Shown piece by piece: positions 31,989-42,478 of a stretch of DNA of 64,000 nucleotides; within the stretch, counting starts at the first letter, position 1, and each line of letters begins with the position of its first letter. The position numbers and the translations under genes are program-made. The stretch is from an uncultured delta proteobacterium. GTDB lineage: Bacteria; Desulfobacterota; Desulfomonilia; UBA1062. The stretch lies in contig CAVVYZ010000009.1 in the NCBI GenBank assembly GCA_963752595.1, positions 96,001-160,000 on the forward strand. The letters run 5' to 3'. Below the pieces are notes generated by a model, which was not told the origin of the DNA, searched no databases, and worked only from the letters and a program-made list of their open reading frames with translations.

Positions 31989-32221
31989 AGCTCACCCATA
32001 CATATCAATATGCAGGTGAATTGCAAGGGAGAAATGCGGGTACAGGTTCCGTGCCCTTTGTACTGATGGGCTTTTCAATGCAAATAATGCATGAGCTTGT
32101 ATTGCGGCTCATATCTTCTGTTTGTTTTCACTGCGCTGGGGCCTGCACAGGGCCAATACCGCACTGGACGAATGTTCCTCTGATATGCTATTGAAGCAAC
32201 CAAGAAGACTGGGAGGGAAAG

Positions 32222-34708
32222 ATGACAACGGAATACGATCCTCAATCAATCGAGTTGAAATGGCAGGAAGCGTGGCAGAAGAAAAGCCTCTTCCATGTCG
32301 GCGAAGAGAGTCAAAAACCCAAGTATTATCTGCTGGAGATGTTCCCTTACCCTTCCGGACGCATTCACATGGGCCATGTCCGCAACTATACTATCGGTGA
32401 CGTAGTTGCCCGGTACAAGACCATGCAGGGCTTCAATGTCCTGCATCCCATGGGATGGGACGCCTTCGGCATGCCTGCGGAAAATGCCGCCATTGCAAGC
32501 AAGGTCCACCCCAAGAAGTGGACGTATGAGAATATGGCCTACATGAGGACCCAGCTCAAACGGATGGGCTTCAGCTATGACTGGGACCGGGAAGTCGCTA
32601 CCTGCGATCCCGATTATTACCGGTGGGAGCAGCTTTTCTTCATCCAGATGTTCGAACGCGGGCTCGTCTACAAGGCACGGGCTTTCCTCAACTGGTGCGA
32701 CAAATGCCAGACAGTCCTGGCCAACGAGCAGGTGGAAGAGGGCCAGTGCTGGCGCTGCGGCTCGCAGGTCCTGCTCAAGGAGTATGACCAGTGGTTTTTC
32801 AAGATCACAGCCTATGCCCAGGAGCTCCTTGATAAGATAGAGGAGCTTAAACAGGGCTGGCCCGAGCGGGTGCTCACCATGCAGCGCAACTGGATCGGAA
32901 GGAGCACCGGCACTCTTATCCGCTTTAAGATCGAGGGAACCGAAGAAGACATCGAGGTGTTCACCACCCGGCCCGATACGCTCTACGGCGCTACGTTCAT
33001 GAGCCTTGCGCCCGAGCACCCCCTCGTGAGAACTCTGCCTGCAGGCACCGGCCTGGAAGAAAAGGTCAAGGAATTCGTCGACAAAACCCTCCAGGTCGAT
33101 ACCTATACCCGTACTTCGGATTTCTACGAGAAGGACGGGACCTTTACCGGAAAATACTGCATCAATCCCGTTACAGGCTTGCGGATGCCCATATTCGTTG
33201 CCAATTTCGTCCTGTACGACTACGGCACCGGCGCGGTCATGGCCGTTCCGTCCCATGACCAGCGGGACTTCGAATTCGCCAAGAAGTACGATCTCCCCAT
33301 CATCGTCGTGATCCGGCCCGAGGGCGAAACGCTGAATGCCGACACCATGGAATGCGCCTATGAGGGAGAGGGAGTGCTCGTGAACTCTCAAGAATTCAAC
33401 GGCATGAAAAACAAAGATGCCATGCGCGAGGTCACCAAGCGCCTTGAAGCCATCGGCAGCGGGTCGGCAACCGTGAATTACCGGCTGCGCGACTGGGGCA
33501 TCTCCCGCCAGCGTTACTGGGGAACTCCCATTCCCATGGTACGTTGCGAGAAGTGCGGGACCGTGCCGGTAAAAAAAGAGGATTTACCCGTTTTATTGCC
33601 GGAAAACGTACGGTTCACCGGCACGGGGATGTCTCCCATAGCCCAGGACGAGTCATTCGTGAATACCGACTGCCCGGTCTGCGGGGGAAAGGCACGAAGG
33701 GAAACCGATACCATGGACACCTTCGTAGAGTCCTCGTGGTATTTCATCCGATACTGCAGCCCGAACCATCCGGACAAGGCATTCGACAAGGCCGAGGTGA
33801 GCTATTGGATGCCGGTGGACCAGTATATCGGCGGCATCGAGCATGCGATCCTACACCTGCTCTATTCGCGATTCTTTACCAAAGTGCTCAGAGACCTTGG
33901 TTACGTCGATTTCGGTGAGCCGTTCAAGCGGCTCCTTACCCAGGGCATGGTTATCAAGGACGGGGCCAAGATGTCAAAATCCAAAGGCAATGTCGTGGAC
34001 CCCGAAGATCTCATCAGGAAATACGGAGCAGATGCCACGAGGCTTTTCTGCCTGTTTGCAGCACCCCCGGAAAAGGACATGGACTGGAGCGACAAGGGAA
34101 TCGAGGGCTCATACCGGTTCCTCTCCAGGCTCTGGAGGCTCGTTGTTGAGACAAAGGACCGGATGGAATCAGCAGGCAATGCGTCAGGACAGACTCCTAA
34201 GTCCGTGGAGGCGCTGAAGCGCAAGACCCACCAGACCATCCGCAAGGTAACAGAGGATATCGAGAAGCGCTTCAGGTTCAATACCGCCATTGCTGCCATG
34301 ATGGAGCTCGTAAATGACCTGTACCGGGCACGGGAAGCGGCCGGGACTCCCGAAGAATTTGCCGTGATCAGGGAGGCTGTCCGGAGCCTGCTCGTCATGC
34401 TATCTCCCTTTGTCCCCCATATCGCGGATGAACTCTGGGAAACGACGGGGAACAAAGAGACTCTTTTCAAAACTGCCTGGCCGGTCTATGATCCAGCGTG
34501 GGCCGAGGAGCAGGAAACGACTATAGCGGTTCAGGTGAACGGCAAGCTCCGGGCAACCATTACCGTCCCAAAGGATACGGACCAGTCGGAAGTGGAGGCA
34601 AAGGCCGTGGCTGAACCGAACGTGAACCGCTTCCTTGAGGGGGCGCAGGTGAAAAAGGTAATCTATGTCCCGAACAAGATCGTTAATATTATTGCTGCTC
34701 TTGCTTAG
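32222..34708 (+). CDS. leuS: Leucine--tRNA ligase
   Basis: [38 protein letters not shown]. Confidence 0.98.
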   Translation: MTTEYDPQSIELKWQEAWQKKSLFHVGEESQKPKYYLLEMFPYPSGRIHMGHVRNYTIGDVVARYKTMQGFNVLHPMGWDAFGMPAENAAIASKVHPKKWTYENMAYMRTQLKRMGFSYDWDREVATCDPDYYRWEQLFFIQMFERGLVYKARAFLNWCDKCQTVLANEQVEEGQCWRCGSQVLLKEYDQWFFKITAYAQELLDKIEELKQGWPERVLTMQRNWIGRSTGTLIRFKIEGTEEDIEVFTTRPDTLYGATFMSLAPEHPLVRTLPAGTGLEEKVKEFVDKTLQVDTYTRTSDFYEKDGTFTGKYCINPVTGLRMPIFVANFVLYDYGTGAVMAVPSHDQRDFEFAKKYDLPIIVVIRPEGETLNADTMECAYEGEGVLVNSQEFNGMKNKDAMREVTKRLEAIGSGSATVNYRLRDWGISRQRYWGTPIPMVRCEKCGTVPVKKEDLPVLLPENVRFTGTGMSPIAQDESFVNTDCPVCGGKARRETDTMDTFVESSWYFIRYCSPNHPDKAFDKAEVSYWMPVDQYIGGIEHAILHLLYSRFFTKVLRDLGYVDFGEPFKRLLTQGMVIKDGAKMSKSKGNVVDPEDLIRKYGADATRLFCLFAAPPEKDMDWSDKGIEGSYRFLSRLWRLVVETKDRMESAGNASGQTPKSVEALKRKTHQTIRKVTEDIEKRFRFNTAIAAMMELVNDLYRAREAAGTPEEFAVIREAVRSLLVMLSPFVPHIADELWETTGNKETLFKTAWPVYDPAWAEEQETTIAVQVNGKLRATITVPKDTDQSEVEAKAVAEPNVNRFLEGAQVKKVIYVPNKIVNIIAALA

Positions 34709-35138
34709 CACCGCCTCCTGCAGCTACTCTTTCATTCTCGACGGGAAGAAGAGCGAACAGAAATTTCTACTGGAGCCCAGTGCCAATGCTACCACTCTGA
34801 TCCAGGGGGGGATGATCCTCGATGCCAACCTGGAAAGGACACTCTCCTCCATGGGTATGATTGCCTCGGGCAGCAGTACCTACACCCTCCACAGCACCCT
34901 TGCATCTTATACAAACCAGGCTATAACCTCCACCTCGCTGTCGACCAAAGATCGGTATCGCCTCATTATTACCGTTACTGCACGCATCAGGAATTCCCAG
35001 GGCAAGGTGGTCTGGAGCATGAGCTTTACGGATACCGGCACCTATGCCGAGGGAGGCCAGGCAGAAAACGCCCTTGACGAGGCAAGCAGGAGAGTCTCCG
35101 AGCAGATAGCGCTGGCGCTGGCGTCTTTGACTTTATGA
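34665..35138 (+). CDS. LptE-like lipoprotein
   Basis: Lipobox-like STASC after a hydrophobic stretch; canonical leuS-lptE-holA position. Confidence 0.65.
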   Translation: MSRTRSLILLLLLLSTASCSYSFILDGKKSEQKFLLEPSANATTLIQGGMILDANLERTLSSMGMIASGSSTYTLHSTLASYTNQAITSTSLSTKDRYRLIITVTARIRNSQGKVVWSMSFTDTGTYAEGGQAENALDEASRRVSEQIALALASLTL

Positions 35139-36088
35139 AATCCCCGCAGATAAGCAATCCCCTGAAAGATTCATACCTCCTGATCGGGGAAGAGACCTTC
35201 CTCATAGAAGAGCAGCTGTCGGCAGTACGTGCGCTTCTGGGAGAAGGATCATCTATGAACACGGCCTCCTATCACGCCCAGGAGATCCGTCGCATCGAAG
35301 AGATCATAAGTTTGTGCAATACGCTCCCCTTCTTATCCGACCGGAGACTCATCATCATCAGGAACATCCACAAGCTCCTATCAAAGGACCTGGATGGGGT
35401 ATTAGCCTACCTTCGGAATCCGTGCGGGAGCACCACCCTCATCCTCACCATCGAGGGGGTACGGGAAGAGAAGAAGGTCATGAAAAAGCTCGCCCCGGGC
35501 TTGGAGATCCTTCACTTCGACTCTTTCAAGGGGAAGGACCTTATCGACTGGATTCTCTCCAGGGCGCGGGTATGCCGGAAAACTATGGACAAAGATGCTG
35601 CCTATTTGCTTGCCGAAGCCACGGGAGGAAACATCTGGTTCATCTCCTCAGAGATCGAAAAGATCAGCCTCTTCATCGGAAATCGGCCATCCATAACGAT
35701 TCATGATGTCGAGCATCTTGTCATGCGTTCCGGCGAACCGCCGGTATTCGCTTTCCTGGATTCGCTCTTCGATAAGAAGAAAGACGTCGCATATAAGCTC
35801 TGCGAACTTGAGGGTGCGGGCATTGCCGAGCTGGAGGTCGTATCCCGCATCGAGAAGCAGGCCGTACTCCACTATCAGATACTCTGCACCGGCCGGTCAA
35901 AGGGTACGGATGTCCATCCGTATGTCGAAAAGAAGATCGTTTCCCGCAAGTCTCTCTGGAGTGCGAGGCAGCTCTTATCCTTGCTCGGTCAGATGCGCCG
36001 GGTGGAGCAGGCCATTAAATCCGGAAGATCGCTCCATCCATATGCAGCGGTTCATGAAGCGATACTTGGGGTCGTTTTCCCGGCCTGA
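35135..36088 (+). CDS. holA: DNA polymerase III subunit delta
   Basis: YLLIGEETFLI, TLPFLSDRRLIII, EIEKISL; synteny with leuS and rpsT. Confidence 0.88.
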   Translation: MKSPQISNPLKDSYLLIGEETFLIEEQLSAVRALLGEGSSMNTASYHAQEIRRIEEIISLCNTLPFLSDRRLIIIRNIHKLLSKDLDGVLAYLRNPCGSTTLILTIEGVREEKKVMKKLAPGLEILHFDSFKGKDLIDWILSRARVCRKTMDKDAAYLLAEATGGNIWFISSEIEKISLFIGNRPSITIHDVEHLVMRSGEPPVFAFLDSLFDKKKDVAYKLCELEGAGIAELEVVSRIEKQAVLHYQILCTGRSKGTDVHPYVEKKIVSRKSLWSARQLLSLLGQMRRVEQAIKSGRSLHPYAAVHEAILGVVFPA

Positions 36089-36137
36089 TCCCTTCCTTTG
36101 TTTCTTAAAAAAGGACTTCGACCGGGAGGGCGGGAAA

Positions 36138-36404
36138 TCAGGAGGACTGAGAGCTGACCTTTTTCGTAAGCCTGGAAATCTTCCTGGATGCGGTTCTCCT
36201 GTGCAGGATACCCTTATTTACCGCACTGTCCAGACGGGAAACGGCATCGGTATAATTTTTCTTGGTTCCATCTGCGTCTTTTTCTTCGATGGATGAGAAT
36301 ATCTTCTTCACCATGGTGCTGATGGTGGATTTATAGCTCTTGTTTCTGAGCCTTCTCTTTTTGCTCTGTTTCTCCCTTTTGAGGGCTGAAGCATGATTCG
36401 CCAC
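36138..36404 (-). CDS. rpsT: 30S ribosomal protein S20
   Basis: MANHASALKR...RNKSYKS...KGILHRRTASRKISRL; SD AAGGAGG. Confidence 0.97.
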   Translation of the reverse strand: MANHASALKREKQSKKRRLRNKSYKSTISTMVKKIFSSIEEKDADGTKKNYTDAVSRLDSAVNKGILHRRTASRKISRLTKKVSSQSS

Positions 36405-36446
36405 TTACAATTCCTCCTTCGTTCTTATAAAAATCCGAGGTGATTC

Positions 36447-36475
36447 TTAATAGCTATGCTTCCCCGATATGTCAA
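36447..36475 (-). promoter_or_regulatory. sigma70-type promoter of rpsT
   Basis: TTGACA-N17-TATTAA upstream of the gene. Confidence 0.4.
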
Positions 36476-36556
36476 GCTCTTTATCTTCCCGTACACGAAG
36501 TCGATCCATCGGGCCTCTATCATCCTTCCCGGCGGGAAGAATTCGGATATAAGAGC

Positions 36557-37492
36557 TCAAAATGCAAACCGGTCCTGGTGCTCGATGCAGGAAGATGCCT
36601 TTCTCCCCGTTATCCGGTCGTTCGGACCGACATTCCCGATAATCAAAGGCGATTCGCAATCGTGGAGTGCCAGGGTCTTCCTGGCAGTATGGCTGTTGAA
36701 ATTTGCATAACAATAAAGGCAGCCGTGGGGGCACGTGTTGTATGCACCGATATCGATGCTTGCATTACAGCAGCACTCAGTTCTCTGCGTCCTGTCTTTT
36801 TTTACACTGAGCCGGTAGCCGGTAATCCGTGAGATCAACTCTTCATCAATACATCTGCCGTGAGGTATCCCGTACTCGTCCAGATCGATTTCCTCCGCGC
36901 AGCTCACCACTTCCAGGGAATACTCCCCTGCCAGGCTTGAGATCATCCTTGCCGCCTCTTTCATGCGTCGCGAAGAGAGCTCGATGAGGTTTATGTCGGA
37001 CAAATTCCCTGCGTTGTTCTTATAAATATCAAGGAAGCTGAGCACACACCGCTCGGCATACGGGGACAGCTCTTTCGCCATACGGGAAAACGACTCTTCG
37101 TGGAACTTCATGTCATATCTGTCCGTCAGGATAATGGGATCGTACCGCCAGATTACCCTTTCCTTTCCGATAGAGAGGGAAAGCCTTTTGAAAATATCCA
37201 CGATAATGTCCTTGGGCAGGACATTCGTCTCCAGGTCCTGATCGTAGGGGGTTACCGTGAACTGGAAATAATAATGGTACCGCGACAGGAGATCCAGCCT
37301 GTCGAGCATCCTCATGGGATTCTTGGTTACGAAAACGATGCAGTCGACAACCGAAGGGTTTAAATCCACGTGGCTGATCTGATTAGGGTTGTATGGATTG
37401 CGAACGTATACATACCCTTGGGCAATCCTTTTAAAGAACCAATCCGAAAAAAAGGCCGGTATATCCGTACGCCTGCTTGCTGAAACGATCAT
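36557..37492 (-). CDS. DUF1848 family protein (radical-SAM-like, C-terminal CxxxCxxC)
   Basis: MIVSASRRTDIPAFF, WRYDPII, DIGAYNTCPHGCLYCYAN. Confidence 0.9.
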   Translation of the reverse strand: MIVSASRRTDIPAFFSDWFFKRIAQGYVYVRNPYNPNQISHVDLNPSVVDCIVFVTKNPMRMLDRLDLLSRYHYYFQFTVTPYDQDLETNVLPKDIIVDIFKRLSLSIGKERVIWRYDPIILTDRYDMKFHEESFSRMAKELSPYAERCVLSFLDIYKNNAGNLSDINLIELSSRRMKEAARMISSLAGEYSLEVVSCAEEIDLDEYGIPHGRCIDEELISRITGYRLSVKKDRTQRTECCCNASIDIGAYNTCPHGCLYCYANFNSHTARKTLALHDCESPLIIGNVGPNDRITGRKASSCIEHQDRFAF

Positions 37493-37692
37493 GTGTCAGA
37501 TTTCCTTGATGCTTAAAACGTTAAAAGATTTAATAGACTTTACCTTTGATATCCGCTACCGACTGTTTCCTGCCCGGACTGCCAAGACCATCAGGGAACA
37601 CATACCTTGCTTTCGTGCTCCATGACAACCCTTTTTTGTGCTGCATGAAGGCTTTAGAAAACCTCTCGCTGTCTGCCCACGAAAAAAAATGA

Positions 37693-38658
37693 TTACCCGT
37701 CCCTGTGGCACGCCACAAAGTGCCCCTGCTCTTTTTCTTCGAACCTCGGGCTCTCCCTGCCGCAGAGCTCGAACGCCTGGGGGCATGAAGATTGATAGGA
37801 ACATGCCGATGAAAAGCCGGAGGGCTGGGTGCCGCCTTTCTTCACGTACTTGAATCCCTTGCCTCTGTTCGGGACAGGCTCCGGCACCGCCTCCATCAGG
37901 CACTTCGTATAGGGATGGAGCGGCCCGGCAAAAAGGGAATCGGCCGAAGCGAGCTCAACGATCCTGCCTTTGTACATGACTGCGATGCGGTGCGACAGGT
38001 AACCCACGACGGAGAGATTGTGGGAGATGAACAGGTAAGAGAGATTCATGCTTTTCTGGAGCTCCACCAGGAGGTTGATCACCTGGGCCTGGATGGAGAC
38101 ATCCAGTGCAGAGACAGGCTCGTCGCAGATCAGAAGCCTGGGGCGCACGGCCAATGACCGCGCTATGCATATCCTCTGGCGCTGCCCGCCGGAGAACTCA
38201 TGGGGATACCTGTCCAGCATATCCTCGTGGAGGCCCACCATCTTGAGGAGCTCCAGTGTTTTCTCATGACGCTCACCCTTCGTGCCCTCTTTATGGATGA
38301 TCATGGGCTCTTCGATGATTGATCTGACCCTTTTCCTCGGGTTGAGCGAGCCGAACGGGTCCTGGAAAACCACCTGAATCCCTTTGCGGATCTTTGCGAG
38401 TTCATCACCACGGGCATTTCTGATGTCCGTCTGGTCGAAAAGAACACTGCCGGCGTCTGCCTCTTCAAGGGCAAGGATGATCTTCGACAGCGTCGTCTTC
38501 CCGCATCCCGACTCACCCACGAGGCCCAGCGTCTCGTTGGGATAGATATCCAGGTCGACCCCGTCCACTGCGGTGATGTGGCCGGCTGCTTTACGGAAAA
38601 TACCGGTTGTCAGGGGGAAGGTTTTTTTCAGTCCGCGGATTTGAAGCAGAGGGTTCAT
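37693..38658 (-). CDS. Oligopeptide/dipeptide ABC ATPase (OppF/DppF type)
   Basis: GESGCGKT, YPHEFSGGQRQR, DEPVSALDVS, HPYT, C-terminal VACH. Confidence 0.92.
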   Translation of the reverse strand: MNPLLQIRGLKKTFPLTTGIFRKAAGHITAVDGVDLDIYPNETLGLVGESGCGKTTLSKIILALEEADAGSVLFDQTDIRNARGDELAKIRKGIQVVFQDPFGSLNPRKRVRSIIEEPMIIHKEGTKGERHEKTLELLKMVGLHEDMLDRYPHEFSGGQRQRICIARSLAVRPRLLICDEPVSALDVSIQAQVINLLVELQKSMNLSYLFISHNLSVVGYLSHRIAVMYKGRIVELASADSLFAGPLHPYTKCLMEAVPEPVPNRGKGFKYVKKGGTQPSGFSSACSYQSSCPQAFELCGRESPRFEEKEQGHFVACHRDG

Positions 38659-39698
38659 CGGCTTGCGTACCTCCAGCATCTCACCGAATGTCCTTCTGTA
38701 GGGACGAATACCGGCGGATATTCCTTGCGGCAGATATCCATGACTTCTTCGCAGCGGTTATTGAAGGTGCACCCCTGGGGCACGTCCTTTACCTTGGGGA
38801 CATTGCCGGGGATCGTATGGAGGCTCTCGCCCCGCTTACGTGCCCCGACCGTGGGGATGGACCTCATCAGACCCTTGGTATAGGGATGAAGCGGTGTTGC
38901 AAAGATACTCTCGACTCCTGCATACTCCACAACGTGGCCGGTATACATGACTGCAACCTCATCGCACGAATTCGCGACAACGCCTAAATCATGGGTCACG
39001 AGGATGATGGATGTGCCCGTCTCGTCCTTGAGATCTGTCATCAGAGAGAGGATCTGGGCCTGGGTGGTCACGTCAAGGGCTGTCGTGGGCTCGTCTGCAA
39101 TCATCAGGGAGGGCTTGCACGCAAGGGCCATGGCGATCATGATCCGCTGGCACATGCCGCCGCTCAGCTGGTGGGGATAATCATTGACGCGTTTAGCGGG
39201 AGAGTCGATACCCACCATATCCAGCATGTGGACGGTAACGTCCCGAGCCTGCTTCCGGGTCGCTGCCAGGTGGGGCTGATGGAGAGCTATGACTTCCTCG
39301 ATCTGCGATCCTATGGTAAATACGGGATTCAGGGATGTCATGGGCTCCTGGAATATCATCGAGATTTTATTCCCTCTGATCTCGCGGATTCCCTTATCAT
39401 CCAGGGAGAGCAGATCAATCCCCTGAAAAAAGATCTTTCCCCTTACAATCCTGCCCGGAGGCTGCGGGATAAGCCTGAGAATCGTGAGGGCCAGCACTGT
39501 TTTTCCGCATCCGGACTCACCGACGATACCCAGGGTGTGACCCTCTTCCAGGTGCAGGTCAACCCCGCTCAGGGCTCTCACAACGCCCTCCGGGGTATGG
39601 AAATGGGTATGGAGATCCTGTATATCGAGAAGAAATCCCTTTTTCTCAATGGCCGGGGTGGATTCTTTTGAAGAATGAAGTTCCTTACTGGCGTTCAT
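38655..39698 (-). CDS. Oligopeptide/dipeptide ABC ATPase (OppD/DppD type)
   Basis: GESGCGKT, FQEPMTSLNP, YPHQLSGGM, DEPTTALDV, HSVRC. Confidence 0.92.
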   Translation of the reverse strand: MNASKELHSSKESTPAIEKKGFLLDIQDLHTHFHTPEGVVRALSGVDLHLEEGHTLGIVGESGCGKTVLALTILRLIPQPPGRIVRGKIFFQGIDLLSLDDKGIREIRGNKISMIFQEPMTSLNPVFTIGSQIEEVIALHQPHLAATRKQARDVTVHMLDMVGIDSPAKRVNDYPHQLSGGMCQRIMIAMALACKPSLMIADEPTTALDVTTQAQILSLMTDLKDETGTSIILVTHDLGVVANSCDEVAVMYTGHVVEYAGVESIFATPLHPYTKGLMRSIPTVGARKRGESLHTIPGNVPKVKDVPQGCTFNNRCEEVMDICRKEYPPVFVPTEGHSVRCWRYASR

Positions 39699-39723
39699 AT
39701 CGTTCCTGTTTCTTAGCTTCCTC

Positions 39724-41895
39724 TCAGATAAGGCCTTGAAGCCTCTCGGTGAGCAGCGTATATCGCCGTGCTTTTATCACATTCGCTATGGCAATTTCTA
39801 TGGCTCTTTCGCTTCCCACCAAGGCAACCAGTGATTTGCCCCTGGTCATCGCGGTATAGAGCAGATTCCTCTGGAGCATGATGCCATGCTGCGTGTGAAG
39901 TACAAGCACCACAGCAGGGTATTCGTTGCCCTGCGACTTATGGATCGAGCACGCATACGAAATCGCGAGTTCATCCATCGTAGATCTCTCGTATCGTATA
40001 ATCCTCCCCTCAAAGTCAACATCCATGATCTTCTTCTCCGGATCGACGAACATCACCGTGCCCATATCACCGTTAAATATTCCGTTGTCATAGTTATTCC
40101 GGAGCTGCATCACCTTATCACCCTCACAGAACCTCCGGGAGCCGTGCATCAGTACATTGCCGGAGGGATTGAGCAATGCCTGCAGCTCGGTGTTGAGGTT
40201 TTCTACCCCGAGGATCCCTTTGTGCATAGGGGAGAGAACCTGGATTTCCCTGAAAGGATCGAATCCGAAACGCTTCGGTATCCTCTTGGCAACGAGTTCC
40301 TTTGTAACATCGAGGATGCCGTGCGGATTATCCCTCCGGATGAAGAAGTAATCTTCTTTTGTGTCTTCGCTCTTCTCGAACGGCTTCAGTCCCTGGTTGA
40401 TTCTGTGGGCATTGATGACGATCAGGCTTTTCAGGGCCTGCCGGAAAATGGCCTTGAGGCGGATGGTCTTCACGATCCCCGACCTGATAATATCCATGAG
40501 CACATTCCCGGGGCCCACTGAGGGGAGCTGATCCGAGTCACCCACAAGGATCAGCGTGGTTCCGATATCGATTCCCTTGAGCACGCGGGCGAATAAAAGT
40601 GCATCCACCATGGAGGCCTCATCGATGATGAGCACATCTGATACAAGTTTTCGCACGTCCTGCCCGTACCCGGTCTGGTCCGCCGGGTTGAACTCGAACA
40701 GCCGGTGGATGGTCTTTGCCTCCCTTTGCGTGGCTTCGCTCATCCGTTTTGCCGCCCTTCCCGTAGGAGCACAGAGATGAACTTTCAGCCCTCTGCGCTC
40801 ACAGATCTCCGTGATTCCCCTGATCAGGGTGGTCTTCCCGGTACCAGGCCCTCCGGTTATAACCAGAATCTTCTCGGACAATGCGCTTGCCAGTGCATCT
40901 TTCTGCTCCTGTGCGAACTGCATGCGGTAGGTGGCCTCAAACCACTGGACGGCATGGGGGATGTCGGAAATATTCAGGTGAGAAGGTGCACTGAGGAGGG
41001 CTTTCAGATCCTTGACAATCCTTTCCTCGGCATCATAGAGTGCACTAAGGTACACGAAGTTTTTTCCGGCGTGATCGATTACGATCAGCTCACCCTCAAA
41101 CGCGAGCTCCTTCACGGCATCACGGACCTTGGACTCCGGGATCTCGAGGATCTGCATTGCCCTTGAGATAAGGCTTGCTGATGGATAGCAGACGTTTCCG
41201 TTTTCCGATATCTGTCCCAGAACGAAAACGACCCCTGCCTTTGCCCGTTGGGGCGACTCCCGAGGCACACCGAGCTTGAGCGCCATCTTGTCTGCAGTCT
41301 TGAAGCCGATCCCAAAGATATCAAAGCAGAGCCTGTAGGGATTCTCCTGGATAATACGGGCGGCATCCCTGCCATAGAACAGGTAGATCCGGTAGGCATA
41401 GGCGGCCGGTATACCTTCAGTCTGAAGGAAGATCATGATATCCGACATCTCATGGTGATCTCTCCAGGCATCGTGAATCTTCCTCGCCCTTGATTTGCCG
41501 ATGCCCTTGACTTCCGTAAGCCTTTTGGGGTGGTTTTCGATTATATCGATGATGCCGATGCCGAATATGTCGATAAGCTTCCTGGCGGTTTCTTTGCCTA
41601 TGCCCTGAATGAATCCGGAGGCAAGGTATTCCCTGATGCCGCTCAATGTCCCCGGCTTGAGGGGGACAAAAGAATCTATCTGAAACTGCTGTCCGTACGG
41701 TTCCCGGTTTATCCACTTCCCTATGATGAGCACCCGTTCCCCCGGATGAATCCCGAAAAACGTTCCGGTTGCGGTGATGAGGTTGTGCAAGGGCAGGGCG
41801 GTGATTCTGGCAACGCTCCAGCCGCTCGACTCGTCGCGGTAGAGTATCTTCTCGAGTACCCCCTCTATTTCGTGCCTTTGCACAGCTGTATTCAC
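39724..41895 (-). CDS. recD2: ATP-dependent RecD-like DNA helicase RecD2
   Basis: N-terminal HhH repeats (GIGK, GIGF), GGPGTGKT, APTGRAA, DEASM, QLPSVG, YACSIHKSQG. Confidence 0.95.
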   Translation of the reverse strand: MNTAVQRHEIEGVLEKILYRDESSGWSVARITALPLHNLITATGTFFGIHPGERVLIIGKWINREPYGQQFQIDSFVPLKPGTLSGIREYLASGFIQGIGKETARKLIDIFGIGIIDIIENHPKRLTEVKGIGKSRARKIHDAWRDHHEMSDIMIFLQTEGIPAAYAYRIYLFYGRDAARIIQENPYRLCFDIFGIGFKTADKMALKLGVPRESPQRAKAGVVFVLGQISENGNVCYPSASLISRAMQILEIPESKVRDAVKELAFEGELIVIDHAGKNFVYLSALYDAEERIVKDLKALLSAPSHLNISDIPHAVQWFEATYRMQFAQEQKDALASALSEKILVITGGPGTGKTTLIRGITEICERRGLKVHLCAPTGRAAKRMSEATQREAKTIHRLFEFNPADQTGYGQDVRKLVSDVLIIDEASMVDALLFARVLKGIDIGTTLILVGDSDQLPSVGPGNVLMDIIRSGIVKTIRLKAIFRQALKSLIVINAHRINQGLKPFEKSEDTKEDYFFIRRDNPHGILDVTKELVAKRIPKRFGFDPFREIQVLSPMHKGILGVENLNTELQALLNPSGNVLMHGSRRFCEGDKVMQLRNNYDNGIFNGDMGTVMFVDPEKKIMDVDFEGRIIRYERSTMDELAISYACSIHKSQGNEYPAVVLVLHTQHGIMLQRNLLYTAMTRGKSLVALVGSERAIEIAIANVIKARRYTLLTERLQGLI

Positions 41896-41915
41896 CGGAA
41901 AATCCCTTTATGCAA

Positions 41916-42281
41916 TCAATACATCACCTTTCTCTCGCCGGATTTGAGGAGAAAGTGAACCTGGCCGACGCCCTCTTTCAAGCGGATGGTATCAAAAACC
42001 TCGCGGTGAAGGCGGTCCTCAAGGGGTATCACTCGGGAGATGGTACGGTTATCTTCTGATATTCCAGAATGAAGCTCTATGATGCGGCCTGCAACAATAG
42101 CATATCCACATCCCCCTGCCCCGCAGCAGGAAGATTCAGTAGATGCAAAACCTACGAAAGAAAGGACAGGGCCTTCCTGGTGGGGGATGATCACTTCCCT
42201 GGTTATTACGTAATAGCCGGCTATTGTAGTGATCTCTTCATTCAGAAGGGGATGAATGAAATCTATCATGCTCTCATCCAT
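41916..42281 (-). CDS. Hypothetical protein with SSCCGAGGC motif
   Basis: 121-aa ORF with SD (GAGGGAGG); Cys cluster. Confidence 0.7.
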   Translation of the reverse strand: MDESMIDFIHPLLNEEITTIAGYYVITREVIIPHQEGPVLSFVGFASTESSCCGAGGCGYAIVAGRIIELHSGISEDNRTISRVIPLEDRLHREVFDTIRLKEGVGQVHFLLKSGERKVMY

Positions 42282-42383
42282 GCATTTCCTCCCTCTTTTA
42301 CATGCTGGATTATTGTCTACATTGTCAAGGCATGAGATATGCATTATCAATCGCTCATGTACATTTTTATTGGATAATACGGT

Positions 42384-42411
42384 TAAAGTTTGTAAACCGG
42401 AGCACCGATGA
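42384..42411 (+). promoter_or_regulatory. Candidate sigma28 (FliA) promoter of the TPR-MglA operon
   Basis: TAAAGTTT-N12-ACCGATGA (TAAA-N16-xCCGAT), about 70 nt upstream of the ATG at 42479. Confidence 0.55.
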
Positions 42412-42478
42412 GCCAAGTATTGAAAAGCTGTTGAGGAGCAGAAAGGGGATATATCCAAAGAATGGAAGGTATCATGAT

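Noticed and set aside
32246-33391. 381-aa - strand ORF
   Set aside because: Antisense to leuS; typical shadow ORF.
37540-37690. Possible c-di-GMP-I riboswitch upstream of DUF1848 (GGCAGAC...AAAGCC...GGTAGCGG on the minus strand)
   Set aside because: No properly paired GNRA stem, and the spacing does not fit the aptamer; an Rfam scan would settle it.
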